From Pristiophorus japonicus (Eukaryota): a stretch of 64,000 nt of DNA. The translations under genes were made by a program, and so were the position numbers. Position 1 is the stretch's first letter; every line of letters begins with the position of its first letter. The stretch covers positions 46,500,001-46,564,000 of the forward strand of contig NC_091989.1 in the NCBI RefSeq assembly GCF_044704955.1, read 5' to 3'. Below are positions 1-12,317 of this stretch, one piece after another. The notes beneath the pieces are model-generated. The model was not told the DNA's origin. It saw nothing but the letters and a program-made list of their open reading frames with translations, and made no database searches.

Positions 1-800
1 TTATACATTTTGAACCCCTGATTTCTAACCGTGGTTTTAGTCACCAAAGGTGTAATTTGTCTTTGAACAGCCAGTCTCAGAACTATGAGTCGGGTAGGCG
101 CTGGGTTGAAGTTATTTGAACAGGGAATTTTTCAAGAGGTGAGTTGGGAGGTGACAACACATTGAAGGGAGTTGGGGACGGAAGTGGGGGAGGCTAGCAA
201 CGTGGTGGAATCAGAGAGGACAGGCAGATCAGGGGTATGCTGTTTGAAGAGGGCGTTTTGTCTTTCTAAAAAGTAGAGGGATGGTGTCTGGACAAAAGAA
301 GCCATTTACAATGTTAGCAATCCTAGAGTCCAGGAACAAGGATGAAGTGGTGTAGTATTGGGTGAGAAGCGCATCAAATAGACAAGACAAGGGTCTCATA
401 GAAGTGATGAGCTTGAAGAAGGCAGGCGGAGATGAAGCAGAAACTGTGAAGTAATGGGGATAAATGAGTGGGGGACTGGAGGCAGCCAGGAGATGGAGAG
501 AAGGAGAGAAAGATGGCAGCAGAAGCAAATGTGCTGTGGTCTTAAACTTAGAAATGATTACATGTATGAGCACTTTCTGCTTGCTGTTGGAGACGACGTT
601 AGAGAAGCCAGGCAAAATGCATTTGAAGAGGTGGCTCATCTTGGAGAAAAGAGGGATTGTCCTTGCTCTCTGATAATAAAATAATAGGATTTTGCTGATG
701 GGAAAGAAGCACAGCAGTACTTGACATGCTTGAGCTCGATATCGCAATGAATGAAAAGGTCATTTGTCAGCTTAAATTTGCAGGCCTCTGATTTGATAGC
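1..800 (-). mobile_element. Old degraded LINE ORF2 fragment (probably L2 clade)
   Basis: The minus strand is C/T-rich and resembles the L2 linker region between endonuclease and RT. No intact frame; family recognised by eye only. Confidence 0.4.
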
Positions 801-1109
801 TTGAAGAAGGTAACTACCGTGAAAACGGCATGGGTAGAAGGCAATAGATTTTGTGGAGAGCAGCGTAACTAAGGATTACGATGCCGGCATCCGAATGGAA
901 TGTGCACTTAGCTGCTGGGAATCCTCTTCCGAGAATTTGCTGCCACATGTTGCGGAGTTGAGCGCAGCATAGTGGCCCACAGATCCTGGGATGCTCCGTG
1001 TGCATAAGCATACCTGGGATCACGTGGGTTGGTGCCCCAATCAGGAATCAAAGTCTCATTCACCCTCATTATTCTATGACACTTGCATTCTTTAATTGAT
1101 TTACGGACG

Positions 1110-1359
1110 ATTTGAGTGTAATGAAAGTTGGATACATATTTGGATCAATTTAAAACTCAGGCTTTGATCTCCTGGATGGGTTTCAACTCTCTAAGTATTG
1201 GCCAAGTGAGCAAAATGGCAAGTTGGATCCAAAATTGGCTCAGAGGCAGGAAGAAAATGGTAATGGTTGATGGGTATTTTTGTGACTGGAAGGCTGTATC
1301 CAGCAGGGCTCAGTGCTGGGTCCCTTGCTTTTTGTGGTATATATCAATGACTTGGACTT
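1110..1359 (+). mobile_element. CR1 RT fragment
   Basis: Encodes WIQNWLRGRK..VMVDGYFCDWKAVSS, the CR1 RT motif region; similar to 56480-56630. Confidence 0.75.
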
Positions 1360-1742
1360 CAACGACTGTCTGTCCCACCTGTGACAGAGACTGTAATTCC
1401 CGTATTGGGCTGTTAAGTTACCTAAGAACTCACTTTTAGAGTGGAAGCAAGTCTTCCTCGATTTTGAGGGACTGCCTATGATGAAGATGATCCCCAGCAT
1501 TGAAGCACTGACCACACTTGATCAGCTCCGCTGGGCAGGCCACATTGTTCGCATGCCTGACACAAGACTCCCAAAGCAAGCGCTCTACTCAGAACTCCTT
1601 CACGGCAAACGAGCCAAAGGCGGACAGAGGAAACTTTTCAAGGACACCCTCAAAGCCTCCCTGATAAAGTGCAACATCCCCAATGACACCTGGGAGTCCC
1701 TGGCCAGAGACCGCCTTATGTGGAGGAAGTGCATCCGGGAGG
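1360..1742 (+). mobile_element. RTE-clade LINE 3' fragments in permuted order
   Basis: The CPTCDRDC..H zinc-finger end and the (ATG)n tail (1360-1490) come first. The more upstream DQLRWAGHIVRMPDTRLPKQ segment (1491-1742) follows. Confidence 0.8.
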
Positions 1743-2392
1743 TATAAGATTTCTAAATCTCCGGCATTAAATTGATAACGCGACTGATTCTTTTCTTTTA
1801 AAACAATTTGGAATAGTTTATTAAACACACACACACATGTACACCTATCAGCAGTCGTCAGCTATCCTACGGATCGACTTAGTTATAATAGATACAATGA
1901 GGTTACAATAAAAACAGTATACTTTACTTCCCTCTGGCAAAGCACACGGCCTGCTTCTTGGTCTGTAGAGGAAGGTCCTGCTTTTGCCATGTGCTTAAGA
2001 AAAGAGAGAGCGCGCGCAATCTTTGTTCCTCAGAATTGGATCTTGGTTCTAGCACAGTTCCTTGTTGGCTCTCCTCGCACATGTGTCTGTCTGGAGGACC
2101 CAGTGCCATCCCTTGATTTAGATCGTGGTTTTCCAATTAAGACAATATACAAACAGGACATGCTGGAAGTCTGTGAGCTTCCATTTTGTTTCAACACTGC
2201 AGCCTTTCCATATAATCTACACTTTTAACATTTATAATACACAGAATCAATTTTATCATTACTTAAACACTTTTATTCTTACAAACTCCCCACCTTGAGA
2301 GGGAAATATCCTTATTGACTCCTCATATGGTTTATCTCCTCAGGGCTCACATATCATAAACATGAGGGGGTTTTGATAGCTCTGCTCTTTAT
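1743..2392 (-). mobile_element. Probable 3' LTR (1743-2283) with polypurine tract and adjacent internal sequence of an LTR retroelement
   Basis: On the minus strand a purine tract AAGGTGGGGAG lies just before TGTAAG (2283). The far end is CTTATA (about CTTACA) at 1743, and AATAAA occurs near 1820. Confidence 0.5.
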
Positions 2393-3457
2393 GGGGTCAA
2401 GTTTCAGCTGCCCGCTGGAACGGCGCACATCGGAGAGGCCCGCCTAATTTATAAAACAAAAATTGCGCCGAATGCTTACTTCGCGATTCTCCGATAGCTG
2501 TAGGCCCATTTCCACCTCGGTGCTGCGCAGCAGGAGCTGCTGGGGGCGGAGCTACAGCCCTGCGCCGAAAACAGTGCCGGCAGCTTCTCAACGTGCGCAA
2601 TAGCTGCCGGCTTCCTGTCTCCGGGCGATGGCCCTATCCCAGGCCAAAGGGACATCGCCCCTATCCCCGGCCGAGTGGCCTGCGCGTCTTATCTCAGCGG
2701 CGGGGCCCACCCGCCTGGCCTCTCGCTGGGGGCAGGCCCCGCCCGAAGAGTTGGCGGCGGCAGTAGCCCGGCATCGGCTGCTTGCGGGCCCCGCCCGAAG
2801 TCCTCAGCGGGGCCCGGCTTCTTCATCGTTTTCTTTCCCCCCCTCCATCTTCCTCTCTTCTCCGCCCCCCCCCCATCTTCTCTTCTCACCCCCCCCCCCC
2901 CCCACAACCATCTTCTCTTCTCCCCCCCCATCATCTTCTCTCCACCCCCCCATCATCATCTTCACTTTTCCCCCCCTCCTTCTCCCTGGTGCTGTAGTAG
3001 GTGAGTGGAAATAATTTATTTATTGTGTGATTTTCAATTTTTAAAACATTTTTCATTTTTTAATTTATTTGGATTGATTTATTTATCATTTATTATTGAT
3101 GGCTCTTTATTTGTAAAAGTGAAGTGTTTAATGTTTGTAAACTCCTCCCCCCCCCCCCGCAATCTTTCATTCCATACGCCTGATTTCCAAGTGTAGACAA
3201 GGTTTTTCTGGGCGAACAAAAATCTACACTTACTCCATTCTAAGTTAGTTTGGAGTAAGTTTTTGCTGCCTAAACTTGCAAAGCAGGCGTAAGTGGCCAG
3301 ACACTTTTTGGAAAAAAAAATCTGTTTTAAAATTAAACTGTTCTAACTCACTAGAACTGGAGCAAACTAAAGGCCGAGAATTGCAATTTCTAATATACTC
3401 CATTCTAAACTAGTTGCTCCAAAAAACTAGGAGCAACTCAGGCAGAAACTTGACCCC
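2393..3457 (+). mobile_element. Non-autonomous PIF/Harbinger MITE
   Basis: TIRs GGGGTCAAGTTTC / GAAACTTGACCCC with 3-bp TSD TAT. The interior is GC-rich and the right end is related to the 15637 MITE family. Confidence 0.88.
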
Positions 3458-3484
3458 TATGTTTCTGTGAGGTGGATGACCGTT

Positions 3485-3684
3485 NNNNNNNNNNNNNNNN
3501 NNNNNNNNNNNNNNNNNNNNNNNNNNNNNNNNNNNNNNNNNNNNNNNNNNNNNNNNNNNNNNNNNNNNNNNNNNNNNNNNNNNNNNNNNNNNNNNNNNNN
3601 NNNNNNNNNNNNNNNNNNNNNNNNNNNNNNNNNNNNNNNNNNNNNNNNNNNNNNNNNNNNNNNNNNNNNNNNNNNNNNNNNNNN
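3485..3684. other. Assembly gap (200 N)
   Basis: Run of N. Confidence 1.
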
Positions 3685-5631
3685 AAACTACGAAATGTGA
3701 CTTATTATTGCAAGTTTTGCACAAATTAAGGTATCGCAGTGATTTATTTGCACCTGGCTCAAAAAATGAATTTGGCATCCTGGAACATTTGTACCACCCT
3801 GGAAAGTTTAAGTTGCTCCTTCAAGCACTGCATTCTGTTAAGGGAGACTTGACTATGGCTAATTTGCCCTTTATAACTGCTATCAAAATTATTTTTATGA
3901 TTACAAAAATGTTGTAATGAAAAAAAATGTAATTACGATATAATCTAACCTAGTTACAATATAATCTAAGATTTCAGATCCAAAGCATGGTGACAGACTG
4001 CCTTCAATAATGGCATCTGACCCAGAATGCCTCAACCATTGACAGTAAGAAAGGGTAGTCAGAAAATGGATATTTTGCCTCAAAGGACCAAAAGTATCAC
4101 AAATATTCAGAACAAATTAGTTGTGAACAGGATCTGCACTTTAAAAAAAAATCCAACATGAATTTATTGATCTTCATTCAGGATCCTTCACCTATCCTCC
4201 TGAATTTGGGGCAGTGGTGTGTAGTATTTTCTACCTTTTTGCAGAGCTAAGAAGGACTGCTCCTTTAACTTGTTCCCACAAGGTTACCATCTGGTGGACT
4301 AATGAAGTGAATCAAGACGCTCGGAGAAAAAAAAAAGCTTTTACCCAATTAGAATGCAAAACAACTGAAAGAACGAGTAGATTTACCAACCCTTCTGTAG
4401 ATCAGCATGAGGACACATTGTAGGTTATTGCTATCAAATTTAACATGTACCCTGTATATTTATTTACAACTGCTTTAATGTGATAGTTGAACTGAAGTAA
4501 CCCAATTTATGTAGGTACAGCTTGAAAAAATATCACCTAGGACAACATACTGTATAAAGATAATGCTCATTTAGGACTCGAATTATTATAGTTCTTACAG
4601 CAATACTTAACATTGTAACGTGATATGTAGAAATTTAAACCCTTCTTGCCAATTTGTGAAAAGCTGAATGGAGATTTAAGACACGAGTTTTCTATCAGCT
4701 TCAAAATCAAAATTTAGTACAAAATGAGCAATAGTGTTTTGATTACAAAGGTTTCAATCTATTTGGGAAGCTTATTACAAACTAGACAACTATCAAAAGG
4801 AAAATCAGTTTCTTTAATATACTTTTTAATTTTAGTTTCCAGAGCCTTTAACACGACTGACATGTGCTCAGTTATTTTGCCAGACAATTCAGCTGATAAA
4901 CAGTTCAATTCATTTATTGCAATAAATATCTGGAGAATATGTTTGAATGGGTTGCATTATCTGAAGTAAAGCAATTAATTAAAGCTAGTCACAGAACCAT
5001 GGAAATTAGCATTTCATGGAAGAATCTTTTTTTTTAAAAAAGGACAAGAGAGGCAACCTCAAAGCTCCCTGCCAGTGTCTGCAACAGTGAACTAAAATTG
5101 CCCTGTAAAATTATCATTTAGCTGAATTGTTAAAGATGGTATAATATTTTCAGAGTCCACAATTAATTAGATTTACCACACAAATGATTTCAGCACTCAT
5201 GATAGGGCTGGGATGCACAACGGCACAAAGCTGAATGCCAAAAGGCATCCATAAAGTCAACGTGACTTCCTGTAGAATTAAAACAACCATTGAATTTAAT
5301 TCAAACTGAATGCTGACTGGTTATCTTGTGCAGCCATTACTCTTCCAACAAAAAATTGCCTTGAAGTTTGATTATACTGCTTTAATAAAAAGTAATGAAA
5401 CTTGCTCATGCTCTAGCAGCTCCCCTTAAATGACACACAACACTGATCTTGCAAAGGGCACAATGCTCTAAGTTGATTGAGGATGACACTTCATTTCCAA
5501 AAGGCCACCAAGCTGTCATGGTGACTAGTCAACTTGATACTGGCCATTACATTTGCACAGGTTTTTTTACCAAGCAGTCTTAACACATTGTTGTTCTACT
5601 CAACGTGAATTCAAGAATGGATCAGACTTAC

Positions 5632-5707
5632 CATCGATCCGGCTAACAAGCTCCTGTAATGCTTTTACTTTCCTCTGAATCCCAGGCTGTGCAAAAGTGT
5701 AGTTGTC
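5632..5707 (-). CDS. TBC1D22B: Internal coding exon (76 bp) of TBC1 domain family member 22B-like Rab-GAP: DNYTFAQPGIQRKVKALQELVSRID+1 nt
   Basis: The peptide matches the recalled TBC1D22 TBC-domain segment; KVKAL is the 22B-type variant. It is flanked on the minus strand by a tttcaAG acceptor (5709-5708) and a GTAAGT donor (5631-5626). It starts in phase 0, matching the end of the 42385 exon. Confidence 0.93.
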
Positions 5708-6037
5708 CTTGAAAGCAAAGAGTTTTTCAATGAGACATGATTTATTTGGACTCGAAGCCCTTACAGAGATACAGGTTTCCATACATTCAACAAAAACTTG
5801 CTTTTCTATAACTTCTGTCACATGGAAGACCATTTCAAAGCACTTGACAAAAGAGAGAAGATGTCATTGATCAGGAAAAGGAAAAAAAAGTAGGGTCAGG
5901 ATTTTTAAAGGAAGAAAAAGTGCTATCAAGAGAAGGTGGCATTCATCGGAGTTCCAAAGAGTAGGGACTTGGTTAGTAAAAGAGTTACATATCTATGGCA
6001 AAGTAGAGGGAGCAGGGATTGAGCAGTAACCTAGTAC

Positions 6038-6938
6038 GCTTAACATCCGTAAGACAAAGGTCCTCCACCAGCCTACCCTACGTCGCACAGCACTGCCCCC
6101 ATTCATCAAGATTCATGGCGCGGCCCTCAAAAACGTGGACCACTTCCATACCTCGGGAGCCCCTTGTCAACAAAGGCAGACATTGATGCGGAGATTCATC
6201 AGCGCCTCCAGTGCGCCAGTGCAGCCTTTGGCTGCCTGAGGAAAAGAGTGTTCAAAGACCAGGCCCTCAAACCTACCACCAAGCTCATGGTCTACATGTC
6301 TGTAGTAATTCCCGCCCTCCTGTATGGATCAGAGGCATAGGCCATGTACAGAAGACACCTCAAGTCGCTGGAGATATACCACCAACGATGTCTCCGCAAG
6401 ATCCTGCAAATCCCCTGGGAGGACAGATGCACCAACATCAGTGTCCTCGCCCAAGCTAGCATCCCCAGCATTGAAGCACGAACCACACTCGATCAGCTTC
6501 GCTGGGCAGGCCACTTAGTTCGATGCCAGACACAAGACTCCCCAAGCAATTGCGCTACGCAGAGTTCCTTCGTGGCAACTGAGTCAAAGGTGGGCAGCGG
6601 AAACATTACAAGATCACTCTCAAAGCCTCCCTGGTGAAGTGCAACATCACCACTGACACCTGGGAGACCTTGGCCGAAGACCGCCCTAGGTGGAGAAAGT
6701 GCATCCGGAGGGCGCTGAGCTCTTTGAATCTCAACGCTGCGAGCGTGAAGAAGTCAGGCGCAGGCAGCGGAAAGAGCGTGCGGCAAATCAGTCCCACCCC
6801 CACTTCCCCCGACGAATGTCTGTCCCACCTGTGACAGGTTCTGTGGCTCTCGTGTTGGACTGTTCAGCCACCAAAGAAACTCACTTTAGGAGTGGAAGCA
6901 AGTCTTCCTCGATTCCAAGGGACTGCCTATGATGATGA
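6038..6938 (+). mobile_element. 5'-truncated RTE-clade LINE (degenerate RT C-terminus plus 3' tail)
   Basis: Encodes YHQRCLRKILQIPWEDR..DQLRWAGH motifs and ends gactgcctATGATGATGA. Frameshifted. Confidence 0.88.
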
Positions 6939-7749
6939 GTGATACATGTGTATTTGTGTCAATATTGCTTACGAAGGAATATGTCATAAAGCATTCAGCT
7001 AATGAAGGAAAATAGCTATTGAAATGACTCATTAAAGAACTGGACAATTCAATTCTTCCTTTGCTGGCAGCTTCGAATTAAAAAAAAACTGATCTGAAGA
7101 TGCTATTATACACAATAATAGTTCCAAGCCTGAGCCATAAAAACAACAATGGAGTGGTCAAACATATTTTGGGATGGCCACTTCTTTTGTTATACTTAGA
7201 CTGAATGGTCGGCTGAAAGTTTGTCTGATGTGGGGAATCAGGCCCGAATCTGTTGAATCAAAGCTCATCACACCGCCACAATACAAAAATAATTTACAAT
7301 ATTAACTTTACAGTTAATTTTAGGAAGCATATCTTCTGAAGGAGATGAAAAGCACTCACTAAACCCCTATTACAACTGGCACTAGATAATTAGCACTGCA
7401 ATCACTCCAGTCAGTATATCTGATACCAACAGGGCAGAAACACCGTATCACTAAAGAGAAATGCATGTGAGAATGTGTACCGTTTTATTAATAATGGTGC
7501 CTGCTTATCTACAAGGATTATGCAAAATGCAATCCTTTAAATTGATGGTGTAGGTTAGTATACAATATAACAGGAAAAATAGCATAACACGTATCAATAT
7601 CTTTGTAGGATGAGAATGCATTCTATATAATAGAGCTGAACACATGGTTTATGTTAGGTAGTTAGGATTCCGCGGGGAATGCCAAGTAACCAGGAGGTGC
7701 CAGGTTAATGCAATTTACTTAGCATCAAAGGGTTTGTGCAAGAACTATA

Positions 7750-8118
7750 TATTTTTTTATTCATTCACGGGATATGGGTGTCGCTGGCCATCCATAATTG
7801 CCCAAGTGGCTTGCCACTTCAGAGGGCAGTTAAGAGTCAATCACATTGCTGTGGGTCTGGAGTCACATATAGGCCAACCCAGGAAAGAACTGCAGATTTC
7901 CTTCCATAAAGGACATTAGTGAACCAGATGGGTTTTTACAACGATCCGGTATTTTCATGGTCATCATTAGAGACTAGCTTTTTATTAATTCCAGATTTAT
8001 TTAACTGAATTTAAATTCCCCAGCTGCCATAGTCGAATTTGAACTCACGTCTCCGGATTACTAGTCCAGGTCTCTCGATTGCTAGTCCAGAAACATTACC
8101 ACTATGCTACAATTCCCC
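7750..8118 (-). mobile_element. tRNA-derived SINE with L2-like 3' tail
   Basis: The minus strand begins with A-box-like TAGCATAGTGG and B-box-like GAGTTCAAATT. It ends ..cccgtgaatgaataaaa. Confidence 0.65.
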
Positions 8119-8627
8119 CAGAAACTATAGCTAATTTGGAGCCAATATGTCTATGTTTCAACTGTTATCATTGCATTAAAGTGAGATATATATAACCATG
8201 CAAAATTGTATCGTTATAGCTACATAACCAAAGCCCACATTCCAGTGAGAATGGAGTGTATGTGGTGCGACATTGTCATGTACTATTGTAGTAGTTTAAT
8301 CTTAGAATTGGTAGGTTTAGAGCAAGTCATCTGGCATTGTCCATCAGGTGTATAATAAGCTCACTTTCAGTAGTTCTTTGTTATTCCATGTTGAGAACTC
8401 GCCTGGATTGTAATTAGAGTTAAAGGCAGACCCCGAAGAATATCTTACATGCAAGTGAAAAGATGTATAACTTGTACTTTGTTGATATTAATAAAACCAG
8501 CAAGTTGATTTATTCAACATCCAAAACTATATCATTTGGCTTAATCTACTCAGTTGATCTTGCAGATAGCTCTAACGCTGTTTAAAAAAAAACTTGCCAT
8601 TCAACATAATGGCCAAATATAACCCAT

Positions 8628-8752
8628 CATCTGACCAAGGGTCATTTGACTCGAAACGTTAACTGTTTCTCTCCACAGATGCTGCCTGACCCGCTGAGAT
8701 TTCCAGCATTTTCTGTTTTTATTTCAAATCTCAGCATCCGCAGTATTTTGCT
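8628..8752 (+). mobile_element. Penelope-like terminal-repeat fragment with degenerate hammerhead core
   Basis: Sequence ctgaccaagggtcatttgactcgaaacgttaac..cagatgctgcc..ccagcattttctgttttt. It is homologous to 17040-17135 and 19210-19282. Confidence 0.6.
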
Positions 8753-11259
8753 TTTTTATAAGGCGGTTATCGCCACTGCCTTCTCAAGAACAACTAGGAA
8801 TGGGCACTAAATGCTGGCCTTGCGAGCGATGCCCATATCCCAAGAATGAAGTTTTAAAAATCTCTAAGGAAGCACCTAATTGCCGTTCGGCAATTTCCCT
8901 GGGTGACTGAAACAATTCACTACATGGGGCAATTATAAGTTTGAGCACCTAGCCCACCACACCACGCCACAGCATATTGCAATGATAATAATAATAATAA
9001 ATAAAATACTGATGCAAAAGATTTTCAAAATTACAAAGAAAATTTTGTGTAAACAAAATATTCAAGCACAGGTGGAAGTGACTTTGTAAACAGTTTTGTT
9101 TGAGAGAACATGCATATGCATTTGGAAACATTAACCACGCAAACAATATGCAGTGGTAGAAGGTCGATATATTTGTAATAAATGGTAGTGTTTAAATTCT
9201 GTAAGAACAGGATCAAAATGTTTAACTGTTTTGGTGGAAAATATACTTCAAATGCATTTCAGCAACATGGCCATAATTTGTCATGAGATTGCCACTGCAA
9301 TAATAATCGACTGTCCAGAGTTAGATTCAGAACTTTACTGTTTAACATGTGAACATTAATCAAAATCAATAAGTGATCTAAATAAAGCATTAAATGTCCA
9401 AGTCATCTCTCCCAGAAAAAAATTTATTATCTCATGGAGGGTACATTTAAAAAAAAAATTACATTTCAAATTAAAGTCCGTTAAGTACATACTCTTAAAA
9501 TTTATAATTTTTTAGAACCCCAAATTTCCAGAATGTCAAAGCTTTATCTATTGAATAAATTCAGGATTATTTCCCGTACCTGTCATGCCACTCTTACCGA
9601 AGTAAATTCCAGATTACATCACAGCTTCAGGTTTCTAGAGAAGTGTGTTCAACTTTCTCCATCAGATTTTTTTTCTTTTACACAAGTAGTGTACAAGATG
9701 GACATGACATTTCAAACCCATCAATATTCTACACTGTAAAAGATTCCTTAACTTTGCACATCTTCAACAGTAAATATATTGGTTAAAATAGACTACATAA
9801 CGTGTGCATCTAAATATACAGAGATCGTTTTTTTGTCGTCAACTTCCTGGCAGGACAGTAATACAGCAGATAGTAACTTTCACATGTGGCACTATCCAAT
9901 TCAATCCCCAAGCATTCATATTCTTCACTGTAAGGTCACTAATTCCACCTGTCCATCATCACAGAGTTACAGATGTGATAAACTGCTCAGACAATTTTAT
10001 ATTATGTGGTGAAATACTATGACTTGCTTTGTCTACCAAAATAATTAGTACGCCAAAATTGATGTTAACTTCTTTAAAAGCACAATAAAAGACCACCAAA
10101 AAGCTCAATTTGTGATTACCACACTTACACAACATGAACATTAATGACTTAATTACTAGTATATCAGGAATGTTCCGTTTGAAGTCTTATATCATAGAGA
10201 TCAATGTGGTAACCACTGTTCTCAACCCTTTCCAATATTTTTGTACAAAGGATAGATTACTTTCTGGATTAAAGAAGGCTTCTGTGTATTCCTCACTCGA
10301 TATGCCTAATGAATATATCAAAATTGTGCAGAAATCATCTATAAATTTAAGATAATTACTTGGTGCAACTCACTTATTCCATTAAATCTGCTGTCCAAAT
10401 ATTGGACATTACACAGTAGTCACAGTTATTTTAAATCACTGTTCTCCTCTTAAGTTTTCACATGAAGCTAGAATACTTGGTAAACAAAACTCTCTTTTTA
10501 AATGTAATGAAATGCTGACAATTGCATAGTGTTCATCAAATGCTTTTTTTTGTGCGATAAAAAAAAAACTGAACTGAGGATTGAGCAACATTTAACACCA
10601 AGATTTTTTTTTAAACTGTTATGACTTTAAATGCTTGCACGGTAAACTACTCAGCCCATTGTGTCTCAATTCCTTCCAAGATAACATCTGCTCTACAATT
10701 GCCAATGAGCACAATTTTTATGCGATAAGCTGACATTATCAAACAGTATGGGTATGGATAGTGTCTGCCTAGAACAACTGAATTACAATAGCTCCAAGCT
10801 GTGCTTGGCTCATGAAAACAGTATTGAATGAGCTTTATTGCTAGCCGGCTGATAAAACAGAACATGGCCAGCACTGCTTTGGAATACAAACAGCAGTTGC
10901 TGACTGGCAAGTGAATATCATAATTACAAATTAGAGTTACTGAGAGTTAAGTATTCAATACAAGTCATATCAGAGTGAAAGTGAATGTCTAATCATGGAA
11001 GTACAGGAATGTTGTGCTTGAGATTGTTTGATGCAAGACAGAGGGGCTGGGGTGTAAGGTGTAATGGGCAACACAAAATGGAATGCTTATCATCACTGTT
11101 TCGCAAAGATCGTGAAGCGATTCCAATGAAATATAAAGAAGCACTTCTTCCTTTTAAATTTTTTGTTTGCTCCAATTGCAAGATATTCACCTGAGGGAAT
11201 TGACTGTATCAAGGAGCTTATCCAAGATTCCTTTCTTGCACATCTAATTTATTACGTTA

Positions 11260-11510
11260 CAACAATTTCTTCTATATAGCGTCTTTCATGCAAAAAAATG
11301 TCCCAAGGCACCTCACAGATGCAATCAAAAAGTAAATGTTCAGACAAAGAAGGCGATATTCGAAGAGGTGTGCAAAAGCTTGGTCAAAGAGACTTGTTTT
11401 AAGGAGTGTCTGAAAGGAGGAGACACAGAAGGTGGAGAGGCAGAGGGGCTTTTGGGAAGGAATTCCAGGGATTGGGACCTCAGGGGTTGAAGGCACAGCC
11501 ATCTACAGTG
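11260..11510 (-). mobile_element. L2-type LINE 3' end fragment
   Basis: Minus-strand frame FQTLLKTSLFDQAF, the typical L2 ORF2 end. Similar to 33330-33540 and 46500-46750. Confidence 0.6.
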
Positions 11511-11714
11511 GGCTAACGGGAGAAGGACTGCACAAGAGGCCAGAGTTGGAGGAATAGTGGGAGGGGAGGGGGGGGGGGGTGTGGCTGTACAGTTGGAGAA
11601 GGTTCTCTGAATACATACAAAATTACTTATTTCAAAAAAAGCAACAATCCACATCCTCAAAACACACACATCAGTGACCTTCCATGCATCATAAAGATCA
11701 GGAGTGTGACTATT

Positions 11715-12040
11715 CGCCATCCTTCAGAGCTGCTGTCTTTCGGATGAATCATTTAACCGAGGCTGCATCTATCCTCGCGGGTGGAGAAATAGATTCCATG
11801 GCACTAATCAAAGAAGAGCAGGTAAATTTTCCAGGTCAGTATTTATCCCACAACCAATATCATAAGATTACTTGGTCATGTATCTCACTGCAGTTTGTGG
11901 GACCCTGCTGAGTGCAAGTTGGCTGCCACATTCTGCTACATTACAACAGTACCTATATGTCAAAAAGTACTTCATCGGCTGTAAAGCACTTTTGGATGTC
12001 CTGCGGTCGTGACATGCGCTATTAAAAGCAAGTTATTTAT
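11715..12040 (+). mobile_element. Deu-domain SINE (SacSINE1/AmnSINE1-like)
   Basis: Core gtctttcggatga..ccatggcact..gaagagcagg..gtttgtggga..acattacaacagt..aaaagtacttcat..ctgtaaagc, recalled as the Deu domain. Confidence 0.65.
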
Positions 12041-12317
12041 TTATCTTCTAAGAAAATGGGCAATGAATGTAATCCACATCCCATAATTGAGTAAAAAGAC
12101 AAAAAGATGATACTTGATTATAAGAAAGCCATTAAAGATGAAGGCAAAAGTTAAATTAACTATGTGCCAATGGGGCACACATTTATCAAGTGTGGGAAGA
12201 AATGCTTATATGACTGCAGGATGCAAACTCTTCAATATGCAAATGTTGATTTCTCTGATATATAATTAAAACATATATATTTTGTTTTATTCAGAAAAGG
12301 GATACTTTTAACCAAAT

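Noticed and set aside
5600-5833. Full ORF-track ORFs 5600-5833 and 42376-42579 as coding sequence
   Set aside because: Only the splice-bounded cores match TBC1D22. The extensions are intronic.
8030-8118. tRNA gene
   Set aside because: The A/B-box-like motifs belong to a SINE head, and there is no cloverleaf.
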